From the NCBI GenBank assembly GCA_045641225.1, contig JAZUGP010000073.1, positions 1,142 through 65,141 on the forward strand: a stretch of 64,000 nucleotides of DNA, given 5' to 3'. Numbering within the stretch: position 1 is the stretch's first letter; each line of letters begins with the position of its first letter. Below are positions 19,832 to 29,483 of this stretch, piece by piece. Under the pieces are notes generated by a model that was not told where the DNA came from, did not search any database, and was given only the letters and a program-made list of their open reading frames with translations. The stretch comes from Acutalibacteraceae bacterium. Lineage in GTDB: Bacteria > Bacillota > Clostridia > Oscillospirales > Acutalibacteraceae. Made by a program: the position numbers and the translations under genes.

Positions 19832-22800
19832 TTGTTAAGATTTATTTTCGGCAGGGCTGTAAGCGGAAAAACCTATACCCTCATAAATAAGATAAGCGAG
19901 TGCGTAAAAAGCGGAGGTAACCCCGTGCTTATAGTACCCGAACAGTATTCCTTTGCGGCTGAAAAAGAGGTGTTGCTCACCTTAGGCGATGTGCTTTCAC
20001 AAAATGTAACGGTGTTGAGCTTCAGCCGTCTTTGTGATGAAATCGAGCGGATAAAGGGCGGCATGTCGGCAAAAGACGTGAGCGACTGCGATAAAATAAT
20101 ACTTATGAAAAAGGCGGTATTTCTCTCGCGTGACCGTCTTACCGTTTTCAGACCCTATGCCGATTCGTATGGCTTTGCCTCAAAAATGGCGGATACCGTG
20201 TCGGAGTTTAAAATAAACGCGGTAAGCAGTGATGACCTTATTGATGCCGCTGGTAAAACCGACCTGAAAAGTCTTTCGGATAAGCTTATGGATACCGCCG
20301 CTGTTTTTGAAGCCTACGATGCGGTATTGGGCGAAAGGTTTACCGACCCGAGCGACCGCCTTACAAAGCTTTATTATGCTCTTGAAAACTGCGATTATTT
20401 TTGCGGCAGAGATGTGTTTATCGACTCGTTTAAAGGCTTTACCGGTCAGCAGTTTAAGATAATCGACCGTATCCTCGCATCATGCAAAAGCCTTACGGTA
20501 TCGCTTATGAACGATACCGAAAACACAAATGAATACGGCATTTTTTCAAATATAAACAAAACCGCGGGCCGCATTAAAAAACTTGCGCAGATGCACAATG
20601 TACCGTGTGACGCACCGATAAATCTTACCGAGTGCCGCTATAATAACGAGGGTATGAAAAACCTTGAAAGGCTTATGTCGGGAAATAAGCCCGAAGGCAA
20701 AGCGGAGGACGGCAGTGTTATCTTATGTGCGGCACAGAACACTTACGACGAGTGCGAATACATAGCGAGAAGCATTCGCAAAACCGTGAGAGGCGAAGGC
20801 GCGAGATACCGTGATTTTGTAGTAGTCACGCGAGACAGCGAGCGCTACTTTGACCCGCTTACACTTGCCTGCAGGCGAAACGGTGTACCGCTGTTTTTTG
20901 ATGAAAAGATACCTATGTCCTCAATGCCCGTGTGCGTTGCGGTAAACAGCGCCGTTGATGCGATTTTTGATTTTTCGTCGGAAAACATACTCAGGTTTCA
21001 TAAGTCGGGTATAAAGCTGATAGACGAGGAAGACCTTGCGGCGCTTGAAAATTACACTTATATATGGAATATAAGCGGTAAAAAGTGGCTTGAAGAATGG
21101 GATATGAATCCAAACGGGCTTACCGACCGCGTGACCGATGAGAGTAAAGAAAAGCTTAAAAAGTTAAATCTTCTCCGCAAAACGGCAATAAAGCCGTTGC
21201 TTGATTTAAAGGATGATTTTAACGGCTCTGCCGAGGATATGGCAAGGGCTGTTGCGGTTATGCTCGAAAATGTAAAAATGGCGGATAGCCTTAAGGATTT
21301 TTACGATTATTACAAAGCAGGGGGAAATCTTGTTTTAGCTGATGCCGTAAGGCAGTCGTGGGATACATTTACAGGTATTCTCGAAAGTGTTGCAATCTGT
21401 CTTGAAGGCGACACAGTAGAGCGAAAAGAGTTTTGCGATATACTTAAAACCGCCGTTAATATGTCAAGCATCGGCGTAACACCGCAGATGACGGACGAAG
21501 TCACCTTCGGCGATGCCGTGCGGATAAGACCCTCCCGTCCGAAATATGTTTACATTTTGGGTGCAAATCAGGGAGTTTTCCCGAAGACCGATACCGAAAG
21601 CGGTATTTTTTCGGGCGGCGAGCGGCTTAAGCTTATAGACCTTGATATCGATATTCCCGATAAAACCGTAGGCAGTGCCGTAGACGAGGACTTTCTTGTT
21701 TATTCCTCGGTCTGCTGTGCTTCGGACAGAGCGGTAATCAGCTACCTTGATACGGGTGACGGCGGAACCTTAACAGCCCCCTCGGCATTCGTTACCGAAA
21801 TACGCGATAACCTTTCACCAAAAACCGAAAGAGCTTTTGATATGCTTTCGGAGGATAATCTTCCGGAAACAACATCTTCGGCTGTGTTTGAACTTTGTAA
21901 GCGGCTAAGCGATGGGGGCAGTGACCCCGAAACACTCAAAGCGGCGCTTTATGATTCGGGCGATGATGCGGCAAAAAGCGCAGAGCGTGTGCTTTCGGGT
22001 ATTGCCATGCCCGAAAACCGCTTAAATCCCGAAACGGCAAAAAGACTTTTCGGTACTGTTTTTAAAATGTCACCCACCAAGTTTGAAAAATTAAGCCATT
22101 GCAGATTTAATTATTTCTGCCGCTACGGACTCGGTATCGACAAGCTGCAGCCGGTTGATTTTAACAAGGCACAGTCGGGTACTTTTATCCATCACATACT
22201 CGAAACGGTGGTTTTAAAATACAAAAGCGCGCTTAAGGATTTAACCGATCAGCAGATGGCAGATGAGGTAAACCGTATAGCGGACGAATATCTTGACGGT
22301 ATCGAGGGTTACCGCGGTGTTGAGGATACATATCTTAAATATCTTGTATCCTGCATTAAAACAGGCGCGCTTGATGTTGTTAAACGTATGTCGAATGAGT
22401 TTAAGCATTGTGAGTTTGAGCCGGTTCGCTGTGAGCTTAAGATACACGAGGGCGGCGAGGTGGAGCCGGTGCGTTTTCCGCTTGATAACGGCGGTGTAAT
22501 GCTGCTTGAGGGAACGGTTGACCGTATAGACGAGTGGAACGGATATCTCCGTGTAATAGACTATAAGTCGGGAAGCAAAACCTTTCAGCTTTCCGATGTG
22601 CTTATGGGGCAGAATATGCAACTGCTCATCTATCTTTACACCGTGCTTAAAAGCGGGAAATTAGGTAATAAAAGTGCGGGTGTGTTCTATTATCCCGCAA
22701 AGCGTGTTTTCCAAAAGAAAGACCGTGTTATGAGCGGCATAGCCGTTAATAACGAGGACGTTCTTTATGCTATGGAAAGCCGCGATAAAAAAGAGCTTGT

Positions 22801-23080
22801 TTACACAAGCAGAGCACCTTCAAAGCTTGTAAACGAGGGCGATTTTGAAAAGATTTTCGGGTATCTTGAAAAGAAGATACCCACAGGCGCAAACGCCGTT
22901 TCAAAGGGTGAAATATCTCCCGCTCCGATAGACTGTGATAAAAAATCCCCGTGTGATTACTGCCTTTACGCAGGCATTTGCCGTATGAAAAACAAAAAGC
23001 ATCAGATCGCACAGAAAATCAGTGATAACAGCGAGGTAATAATCAAAATGAAAGAGCAGGTGGAAAACGGTGAAGTATGA
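19832..23080 (+). CDS. addB: ATP-dependent helicase/deoxyribonuclease subunit B
   Basis: It has an N-terminal P-loop (GRAVSGKT). The C-terminal RecB-type nuclease carries the Fe-S cysteines (SPCDYCLYAGIC). It is paired with addA. The start is TTG. Confidence 0.92.
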   Translation: MLRFIFGRAVSGKTYTLINKISECVKSGGNPVLIVPEQYSFAAEKEVLLTLGDVLSQNVTVLSFSRLCDEIERIKGGMSAKDVSDCDKIILMKKAVFLSRDRLTVFRPYADSYGFASKMADTVSEFKINAVSSDDLIDAAGKTDLKSLSDKLMDTAAVFEAYDAVLGERFTDPSDRLTKLYYALENCDYFCGRDVFIDSFKGFTGQQFKIIDRILASCKSLTVSLMNDTENTNEYGIFSNINKTAGRIKKLAQMHNVPCDAPINLTECRYNNEGMKNLERLMSGNKPEGKAEDGSVILCAAQNTYDECEYIARSIRKTVRGEGARYRDFVVVTRDSERYFDPLTLACRRNGVPLFFDEKIPMSSMPVCVAVNSAVDAIFDFSSENILRFHKSGIKLIDEEDLAALENYTYIWNISGKKWLEEWDMNPNGLTDRVTDESKEKLKKLNLLRKTAIKPLLDLKDDFNGSAEDMARAVAVMLENVKMADSLKDFYDYYKAGGNLVLADAVRQSWDTFTGILESVAICLEGDTVERKEFCDILKTAVNMSSIGVTPQMTDEVTFGDAVRIRPSRPKYVYILGANQGVFPKTDTESGIFSGGERLKLIDLDIDIPDKTVGSAVDEDFLVYSSVCCASDRAVISYLDTGDGGTLTAPSAFVTEIRDNLSPKTERAFDMLSEDNLPETTSSAVFELCKRLSDGGSDPETLKAALYDSGDDAAKSAERVLSGIAMPENRLNPETAKRLFGTVFKMSPTKFEKLSHCRFNYFCRYGLGIDKLQPVDFNKAQSGTFIHHILETVVLKYKSALKDLTDQQMADEVNRIADEYLDGIEGYRGVEDTYLKYLVSCIKTGALDVVKRMSNEFKHCEFEPVRCELKIHEGGEVEPVRFPLDNGGVMLLEGTVDRIDEWNGYLRVIDYKSGSKTFQLSDVLMGQNMQLLIYLYTVLKSGKLGNKSAGVFYYPAKRVFQKKDRVMSGIAVNNEDVLYAMESRDKKELVYTSRAPSKLVNEGDFEKIFGYLEKKIPTGANAVSKGEISPAPIDCDKKSPCDYCLYAGICRMKNKKHQIAQKISDNSEVIIKMKEQVENGEV

Positions 23081-26000
23081 GTTTACAAATGAGCAGAAAA
23101 TGGCGGTCAGCGAACCTGCACCTATGCTCGTTTCCGCCGCGGCAGGCTCGGGTAAAACTGCGGTGCTCGTTGAAAGGGCAATACAAAAACTCATAAGCCC
23201 CGAAAACCCGATAAGCGCCGACCGTCTGCTTATTGTTACCTTTACCAATGCCGCCGCCGCCGAAATGCGCGGCAGAATTGAGAAAAGGCTTTATGAGGAA
23301 TGTCGCAACAATCCGCAAAATGCAAACCTTTTGCGTCAAAAAAGGCTGCTTCCCGCCGCTGATATATGCACTATTGATTCGTTTTGCATAAGGCTCATTC
23401 GTGAAAACTTTGAAAAATGCGGAATAGAGCCCGATTTCGCGGTGGGTGACGGTGCCGAGATACGCGGCAAATGTGACGAGCTTCTGAAAAGTGTGATTTG
23501 CGAATATCTTGAAAACAACAAAGATGCCATTTCAAATCTTTTGGAAAAACTTGAAAACAATTCGGGATTTGATGTCACATCAAGCACCGTAAAGGATATA
23601 TATGAAAACGCCAAAAACCGCCCGTTTGAAAACGACTACTATAATGCCCTCACAGCTCCCTATGAAGCGGAGTTTAAGGCGGGACATATTTGGTTTGACA
23701 CCTCTTTTGACAAGGCTGATAAAATCGCGGCAAGACTGCGTGAGGACGCCGTTTTGCTAAACGATGCGGCGCTCACGATAGATTACAACCGCCAAAAGTT
23801 CATCGACTATGCCGCCACCGTTGCGCTTCTTGCGGATACGGTTTGCGAGACTGTAAAAAAACGCAACTGGGACGATATGTTTGTGCTTTTAAGCAGTGCC
23901 GCTCTGCCGGATGCGCCTCGCAGAAAGCCTAAAGTAACCATAGACGAAATTGAAGCCTTTATCAGTATCAAAGACAGAATAATAGGTAATATCGGAAATC
24001 TCAAATCGCTTTTCCCAACCGATTATCTTTCGGTAAAAGCGCAGAACGCGGAGTTTTTGCCGATTATAAAAATCCTTGTTGATATCACCCGTAAATACAG
24101 CGATGCGGTGATGAAATATAAAAAAAGCGAAAACTACTTTACCTTTGCCGATATTGAACAGCTCGCTTTGGGTATACTGTGCGAGCGCACCGAAAAGGGT
24201 ATCGTGTTAAGCCCCACCGCGCATTCACTCACCGAAAGATACGATGAGGTTATGGTGGATGAGTTTCAGGATGTAAATGACCTCCAAAACGCCATTTTCG
24301 ATCTGCTTTCCGATAATATGAAAAAGCTTTTTGTTGTAGGTGATATAAAGCAGAGTATCTACGGATTTCGCGGGTCAAACCCCGATAATTTTATGCGCAA
24401 AAAGGATAATTTCATGCCCATTGAAAGCGCAGGCAAAACCGATCCGAAAAAGGTTTTCCTCTCGGATAATTTCCGCAGCCGAAAGGAAATATGCGATTAT
24501 GCGAACTTTCTGTTCTCGAATATAATGACAGGGCAGGCGGGCAGTCTTGTTTATGCGAAAGAGGATTATTTGAACTCAAAGGGTGAGTTTGAAGATACCG
24601 GTTTTTCCAAGGTAGACCTTGTTATCGCCGATAAGTGCGATGATGAGGATACCGACAGCACTCTCCAATTTGAAGGCCGCGTGATAGCCGATAAGATAAA
24701 GGATATCATCGCCTCGGGGCAAACGGTAAGCACTAGAAACGGTCTTAAAAAAGCGGAATACTCGGATATGGTGATACTCCTTGCCGCAATGAAGAATAAG
24801 GCACCTGTTATAGCAGAAGAGCTTATCGGTGCGGGTATTCCCGTCAGCTTTGACGGTGAGGACTTTTTCGATGCCGCCGAAATAACCGTGTTCACCTCAC
24901 TGCTTAAGATAATAGATAATCCCGCAAGCGATGTTGAGCTTTTAACCGTTATGATGTCGCCGATGTTTTCTTTCTCTGCCGAGGAGATGGCGCAAATTAA
25001 GCTTAAAAGTAAAGGAGAAAGCCTCATATCGCTCGTGGCTTATTCCGCCGAAAACGGCAACAAAAAAGCGGACGACTTTTTAAAGGCTTTAAGAAGATTA
25101 AGACTTCGCTGTTCGGTTTTGCCGCTTGATCGGGCGGTTTCGTATCTGCTCAACGAAACGGGCTATATAGAAACGGTTTCGGCGATGAGCGGCGGTAATG
25201 TGGGCAGAGCCAACCTTTTGGCGTTGCAGGATGTTGCAAAAAGCTTTACCGCGTCCAAAAAAAGCGGTATCGGTGCGTTTTTAAAATATCTTAACACCCT
25301 TTCCGGTAAAAACATCGGCAGCTGCGTTTCGGCGGCAAACGGCGTGCGCATCATCAGTATGCATAAGTCAAAGGGGCTTCAGTATCCGATATGCTTTTTG
25401 GCGGCGCTTTCAAACAAGATAAACAGAGATGAAAAGCGCGATGCCGTTATTCTTTCCGAGCGCTTCGGTATGAACATAAGATACCGCAATTACGAAACCT
25501 CCGAGCAGGTTGAGCATATAAGCCGAAAGCTTGCACTTGATGAAATAGATATTTCAACAACCGCCGAGCGTATGCGACTGCTCTATGTTGCCGTCACCCG
25601 TGCAATAGACCGTCTTATTATGGTGGTAAACACGAAGGATATTTCAAAAAGGCTTGCAACCCTTTCGGGGAACATTAAAGGCAGTTATCCGTATATCACC
25701 GATGAAAAGCTGATAAGCACCGGCTCGTTTGCCGACCTTGTTCTCCAAACGGCGCTTATCCACCCTGACGGCAAAAAGCTCCGCTCCTGCTGTGAAGCGC
25801 ATCTGCCGGTGGTATCGCACGAAAGCGGTATAAATATAAGAATAGTAAACACCTATACAAAATCCGCCGCCGAGGTTAAGGCGGCACCTATCCCCGATGA
25901 TGCGCTTAAAGGTAAGATATGCGAAAACCTTTCTTATAAATATCCATACGATGAGCTTTTGGGACTGAAGGCAAAGTTTTCGGTATCGGATATAGCAAAC

Positions 26001-26567
26001 AAGGCGGAGAGCGAACGGTTTAATTTCACCTCAAAGCCGTATTTTATGCTAAAGGACGGGCTTACCCCTGCGGGCAGGGGAAGTGCCATGCATAAGATAA
26101 TGCAGTTTTTTGATTTCTCAAAAGCAAACGATACGGATGGCGAAATAGAACGTCTTACCGAGTACCGCTACATAACCGAAGCCGAAGCAAAATCGGCGGA
26201 TAAAAAGGCGCTTAAAGCCTTTTTTGAAAGTGACCTCTTTGCACGCATTTCAAAAAGCAAAAATATTCATCGTGAGATGCGTTTTTTAACCGAGGTGAAG
26301 GCGGGTGAGCTTGACAACACTTTGAGTGAAAGGGTATCGGGTGAGCCGCTTGTCATTCAAGGCGCCGTGGACCTCTGCTTTGAAGAAAACGGAAGTATCA
26401 TTCTCGTTGATTTTAAAACCGATAGGGTTGAAAGCAAAGCCGAGCTTGTAAGTGCTTATTCAAAACAGCTTGACATTTATGCCGCCGCGTGTGAAAATAT
26501 CTTTAATAAAAAGGTAAGCGAACGCATTATCTATTCATTTGCGCTTAACAGCGAAATAGTGTTATAA
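23070..26567 (+). CDS. addA: ATP-dependent helicase/nuclease subunit A
   Basis: It has UvrD/Rep motifs (AAAGSGKTAVLVER, DEFQDVN) and a C-terminal RecB nuclease (GAVDLCF...DFKTD). The GTG start overlaps addB by 11 nt. Confidence 0.95.
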   Translation: MKYEFTNEQKMAVSEPAPMLVSAAAGSGKTAVLVERAIQKLISPENPISADRLLIVTFTNAAAAEMRGRIEKRLYEECRNNPQNANLLRQKRLLPAADICTIDSFCIRLIRENFEKCGIEPDFAVGDGAEIRGKCDELLKSVICEYLENNKDAISNLLEKLENNSGFDVTSSTVKDIYENAKNRPFENDYYNALTAPYEAEFKAGHIWFDTSFDKADKIAARLREDAVLLNDAALTIDYNRQKFIDYAATVALLADTVCETVKKRNWDDMFVLLSSAALPDAPRRKPKVTIDEIEAFISIKDRIIGNIGNLKSLFPTDYLSVKAQNAEFLPIIKILVDITRKYSDAVMKYKKSENYFTFADIEQLALGILCERTEKGIVLSPTAHSLTERYDEVMVDEFQDVNDLQNAIFDLLSDNMKKLFVVGDIKQSIYGFRGSNPDNFMRKKDNFMPIESAGKTDPKKVFLSDNFRSRKEICDYANFLFSNIMTGQAGSLVYAKEDYLNSKGEFEDTGFSKVDLVIADKCDDEDTDSTLQFEGRVIADKIKDIIASGQTVSTRNGLKKAEYSDMVILLAAMKNKAPVIAEELIGAGIPVSFDGEDFFDAAEITVFTSLLKIIDNPASDVELLTVMMSPMFSFSAEEMAQIKLKSKGESLISLVAYSAENGNKKADDFLKALRRLRLRCSVLPLDRAVSYLLNETGYIETVSAMSGGNVGRANLLALQDVAKSFTASKKSGIGAFLKYLNTLSGKNIGSCVSAANGVRIISMHKSKGLQYPICFLAALSNKINRDEKRDAVILSERFGMNIRYRNYETSEQVEHISRKLALDEIDISTTAERMRLLYVAVTRAIDRLIMVVNTKDISKRLATLSGNIKGSYPYITDEKLISTGSFADLVLQTALIHPDGKKLRSCCEAHLPVVSHESGINIRIVNTYTKSAAEVKAAPIPDDALKGKICENLSYKYPYDELLGLKAKFSVSDIANKAESERFNFTSKPYFMLKDGLTPAGRGSAMHKIMQFFDFSKANDTDGEIERLTEYRYITEAEAKSADKKALKAFFESDLFARISKSKNIHREMRFLTEVKAGELDNTLSERVSGEPLVIQGAVDLCFEENGSIILVDFKTDRVESKAELVSAYSKQLDIYAAACENIFNKKVSERIIYSFALNSEIVL

Positions 26568-26579
26568 GGTGGTATTATA

Positions 26580-27128
26580 ATGCCTTTTGAAAACGTCATC
26601 ACTTTAAAAAACGGTGAAAGTGTAACCCTCCGATTTGCAAAAGCGGAGGATGCCGCTTCGCTGATAGGTTATCTCACGAGGGTGTGGCGGCAGACCTATT
26701 ATCTGCTTACTGACGGTACTGAGCAGACCTACACTGTTCCCGATGAGGAAAATTATATAGCATCACATGCCGAAAACACCCGCAACTTTTTAATTTTAGC
26801 GGAAACAAACGGCACTATAATAGGCAACTGCTCGTTTGAAGAGATAAGCTTTTTAAAGCGGGTACGGCATAGATGCAGTCTCGGCATCGTTGTGGATAAA
26901 AAGTATCAGGGAATGGGACTCGGCAGGGTGATGATGTGCTTTGCGATAGAGTTTGCCCGCCAAAAGGGCTATGAGCAGATGGAACTTGAGGTAGTAAGCG
27001 GCAACGATGCGGCATTGGGCCTTTACAAAAGCCTTGGATTTGAGCAAACGGGCGTTATTCCGCGCGCCATAAAATACGCGGAAAAGGACTATGCGGATAT
27101 TATAATAATGGTTAAAAATCTGACATAG
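26580..27128 (+). CDS. GNAT family N-acetyltransferase
   Basis: It has the acetyl-CoA motif QGMGLGRVMM and is 182 aa. Confidence 0.85.
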   Translation: MPFENVITLKNGESVTLRFAKAEDAASLIGYLTRVWRQTYYLLTDGTEQTYTVPDEENYIASHAENTRNFLILAETNGTIIGNCSFEEISFLKRVRHRCSLGIVVDKKYQGMGLGRVMMCFAIEFARQKGYEQMELEVVSGNDAALGLYKSLGFEQTGVIPRAIKYAEKDYADIIIMVKNLT

Positions 27129-27250
27129 CAAAATATAAGCAAAGCCGAAAATCTCGGGTGGGCTGACGATTGTCGGGAGTAAAGGCAATATTATCCGTGC
27201 TTTTTCTTGCGGGGGAACAAAAATCCTTATCGCACCACGGTAAAAAACAG

Positions 27251-27279
27251 TTGACTTTTTCGGCTTTGTTGTCTATAAT
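27251..27279 (+). promoter_or_regulatory. tRNA-Pro promoter
   Basis: It reads TTGACT, a 17-nt spacer, then TATAAT, ending 18 nt before the tRNA. Confidence 0.7.
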
Positions 27280-27297
27280 TATATGGCTTGATAATTT

Positions 27298-27374
27298 CGA
27301 GGTGTGGCTCAGTTTGGTAGAGCGCTGCGTTCGGGACGCAGAGGCCGCAGGTTCAAGTCCTGTCACCTCGACCA
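27298..27374 (+). tRNA. tRNA-Pro (anticodon CGG), CCA encoded
   Basis: I folded the cloverleaf by hand. The acceptor is CGAGGTG/CACCTCG, the anticodon stem is CTGCG/CGCAG with loop TTCGGGA, and the T-loop is TTCAAGT. Length is 77 nt. Confidence 0.92.
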
Positions 27375-27376
27375 AA

Positions 27377-27421
27377 TAAGAAAGGGCGGTATCGCAAGAT
27401 ATCGTCCTTTCTTATTTTTTT
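27377..27421 (+). terminator. Terminator after tRNA-Pro
   Basis: A long imperfect stem joins taagaaagggcggtatc and gatatcgtcctttctta, followed by a T-run. Confidence 0.8.
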
Positions 27422-27464
27422 GCATATAGACAGGATGAAGTTTAAGAAAGCACGTCTTGTAAAG

Positions 27465-27491
27465 AAAAACAGTCCGGTGGACTGTTTTTTA
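27465..27491 (+). terminator. Second hairpin plus T-run with no obvious upstream gene
   Basis: acagtcc, a ggt loop and ggactgt are flanked by an A-run and a T-run. Confidence 0.5.
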
Positions 27492-27539
27492 AAGACGTAT
27501 AATATCCGTTTCTCATATGCCGAAGGCAAACATCATTCA

Positions 27540-27580
27540 AAAAACGCACTTTGTCTTGGTAGACAAAAGTGCGTTTTTTG
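27540..27580 (-). terminator. Terminator after tRNA-Arg (bidirectional in form)
   Basis: A 13-14 bp stem joins acgcactttgtct and agacaaaagtgcgt, with T-runs on both strands. Confidence 0.8.
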
Positions 27581-27581
27581 T

Positions 27582-27658
27582 TGGCGTTCCCGAGGTGATT
27601 CGAACACCCGACCTACCGCTTAGGAGGCGGTCGCTCTATCCAGCTGAGCTACGGAAAC
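27582..27658 (-). tRNA. tRNA-Arg (anticodon CCU), CCA encoded
   Basis: The reverse complement is GTTTCCG TA GCTC AGCTGGATA GAGC G ACCGC CTCCTAA GCGGT AGGTC GGGTG TTCGAAT CACCT CGGGAAC G CCA. Length is 77 nt. Confidence 0.92.
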
Positions 27659-27673
27659 ATATTTCACCGTATC

Positions 27674-27702
27674 ATTTTAGACTACAATAATAATAAAGTC
27701 AA
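27674..27702 (-). promoter_or_regulatory. tRNA-Arg promoter
   Basis: The minus strand reads TTGACT (27697-27702), a 17-nt spacer, then TAAAAT (27674-27679). Confidence 0.65.
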
Positions 27703-27709
27703 TAATAAC

Positions 27710-27738
27710 TTGTCTTTTTTACATTTTTTTGGTATAAT
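27710..27738 (+). promoter_or_regulatory. Promoter of the GtrA-PHP gene pair, back-to-back with the tRNA-Arg promoter
   Basis: It reads TTGTCT, a 17-nt spacer, then TGgTATAAT. Confidence 0.6.
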
Positions 27739-27772
27739 AACAGAAAAGTGTGTTTCCGGAGAGGGTGAGCCG

Positions 27773-28219
27773 TTGATAAACATTTTGCAAAATATAAAAG
27801 AACGTTTTCTGCCTGTGCTAAAAAAATTATGGAAAAAGTTCAAGGATATATTTTTCGATAAAAGCTTTCTTGAGTTTTGCATAGCCGGTGCGATAAATAC
27901 ATTTAATGACGGTTTGTTTACCCTTTTGTTTGATTTGATATTTCAAGAGAATGTGGCGGCTGTACTCGGTTACGCGGTATCGCTTACCATAGCCTTTTTT
28001 ATAAGCTCGTTTGTTATTTTCAAGAGCAACCCCACATTTAAAAAGTATATAAGATTTATAATTTCTTATGTGCCGAACTTTATTATATATTTCCTCGTTA
28101 CATTTATCACCATAAATGTTATAGGGCTTCCTCCGTTCTGGGGCGCGGTTCTCGCGGCAATGGCAGGCGGACCGATAACCTTTGTTATTATCAAGCTTTA
28201 CGCTTTCGGCAAAAAATAA
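27773..28219 (+). CDS. GtrA family membrane protein
   Basis: It has four TM segments and FLEFCIAGAINTFNDGLF, which resembles the GtrA N-terminus. I prefer the TTG at 27773 (GGAGAGGG RBS) because the track start at 27710 lies inside the promoter. Confidence 0.72.
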   Translation: MINILQNIKERFLPVLKKLWKKFKDIFFDKSFLEFCIAGAINTFNDGLFTLLFDLIFQENVAAVLGYAVSLTIAFFISSFVIFKSNPTFKKYIRFIISYVPNFIIYFLVTFITINVIGLPPFWGAVLAAMAGGPITFVIIKLYAFGKK

Positions 28220-28243
28220 AACAAAAGAGGTAATATTTTTACC

Positions 28244-28948
28244 ATGTATAAATACGAAATGCACCTGCACACAAATACCTGCAGCGGCTGCGGACAATCA
28301 TCGGCAGAAGAAATGATACTTGCCGCGAAAAAAGCGGGATATTCGGGTATCGTTTTAACAAACCATTTTTACCACGGCAACACGGCTATTGACCGTTCCC
28401 TTTGCTGGGAAAGGTTTTTAAACGCCTATGTTGATGAATATGTTGTGGCAAAAAAATTCGGAAACTCGGTGGATATGGACATTTTTTTCGGCATCGAGGA
28501 GGGGATCGGCAAGGGCAAGGAGATACTTATTTACGGTGTTTCGCCCAAGGACTATCTCGACTGTACCGATTTTCTCAATATGAATATTTACGAAATATCG
28601 AAGTTTGTGCGTAAAAGCGGCGGTTTTATCGCCATGGCGCACCCGTTTCGCCACCGCAGTTATATAACCGACCCCGATGAGGAGCCGGATACGGCGCTCT
28701 TTGATGCCATTGAGGGATATAATCAGTGCAATACCGCGGAGGATAACGAGCAGGCGCTTGACTTCGCAAAAAGAGTAAACATACCCGTTACCGCGGGGAG
28801 TGATATTCACCATTCAAGCCGCTATGCAGACCCCAATTTCGGCGGAAGCGGCCTTGCGTTTTATAACCGGCTTTACAATGATAAAGAGCTTGTTAAACAG
28901 TTAAAAAGCGGGAATTACCGCCTTATAAAGCGCGGCGAGATAGTATAA
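28244..28948 (+). CDS. PHP-domain metal-dependent phosphoesterase
   Basis: It has the PHP motifs HLHT, MAHPFR and GSDIHH. Confidence 0.85.
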   Translation: MYKYEMHLHTNTCSGCGQSSAEEMILAAKKAGYSGIVLTNHFYHGNTAIDRSLCWERFLNAYVDEYVVAKKFGNSVDMDIFFGIEEGIGKGKEILIYGVSPKDYLDCTDFLNMNIYEISKFVRKSGGFIAMAHPFRHRSYITDPDEEPDTALFDAIEGYNQCNTAEDNEQALDFAKRVNIPVTAGSDIHHSSRYADPNFGGSGLAFYNRLYNDKELVKQLKSGNYRLIKRGEIV

Positions 28949-28956
28949 AAATACTG

Positions 28957-29418
28957 TCAGCCGTTGCTTTTTATCTCCTCTATTCCTATACCCGTGGGAG
29001 CTTTTGGGGTTGAAAAGGCTATCTGCGTTTCGGTGTGACCGAAATTGTTAAGCTCGCCTATAAAGGCATCAAGCGCCTCGGTGCTCTCGAAAGCCACCTT
29101 TATAAGCTGTGAGTATCTGCCGGTAACACAGTTGCATTCAAGCACATTCGGGTGGGAGCAGATAAAGGGATAAAAGGTCGGCTTTTGCTTCGGGTCAAGG
29201 TCAAGATTTATAAAAGCCGTTATCGGAAAGCCCACGGCTTTAAGATTAACCTTTGCCTCGTATGAGGAGATTATTCCGTCCTTTTCAAGCTTTTCGAGTC
29301 TTGCCGCCGTTGCCGGAGACGAAAGAAAAATATTTGCCGCAAGCTCTTTTAAGGGCATACGGGCATTTTTTTGCAGTAGTGTTATAAGCTTTAAATCTAT
29401 CGAATCCGTAATACTCAC
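28957..29418 (-). CDS. Lrp/AsnC family transcriptional regulator
   Basis: It has an N-terminal wHTH (DLKLITLLQKNARMPLKELAANIFLSSPATAARLEKLEKDGII) and a C-terminal RAM/AsnC_trans_reg domain. Confidence 0.9.
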   Translation of the reverse strand: MSITDSIDLKLITLLQKNARMPLKELAANIFLSSPATAARLEKLEKDGIISSYEAKVNLKAVGFPITAFINLDLDPKQKPTFYPFICSHPNVLECNCVTGRYSQLIKVAFESTEALDAFIGELNNFGHTETQIAFSTPKAPTGIGIEEIKSNG

Positions 29419-29483
29419 CGCCTTTTTTATTTAATTTAATAATAATTCATATAAGCCGCATTGTCAAGATAGGGGGGAATGTA

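Noticed and set aside
27112-27623. Track ORFs 27112..27375 (-), 27170..27379 (+) and 27420..27623 (+)
   Set aside because: They run through tRNA-Pro, tRNA-Arg and three terminator hairpins. They have no RBS and implausible sequence.
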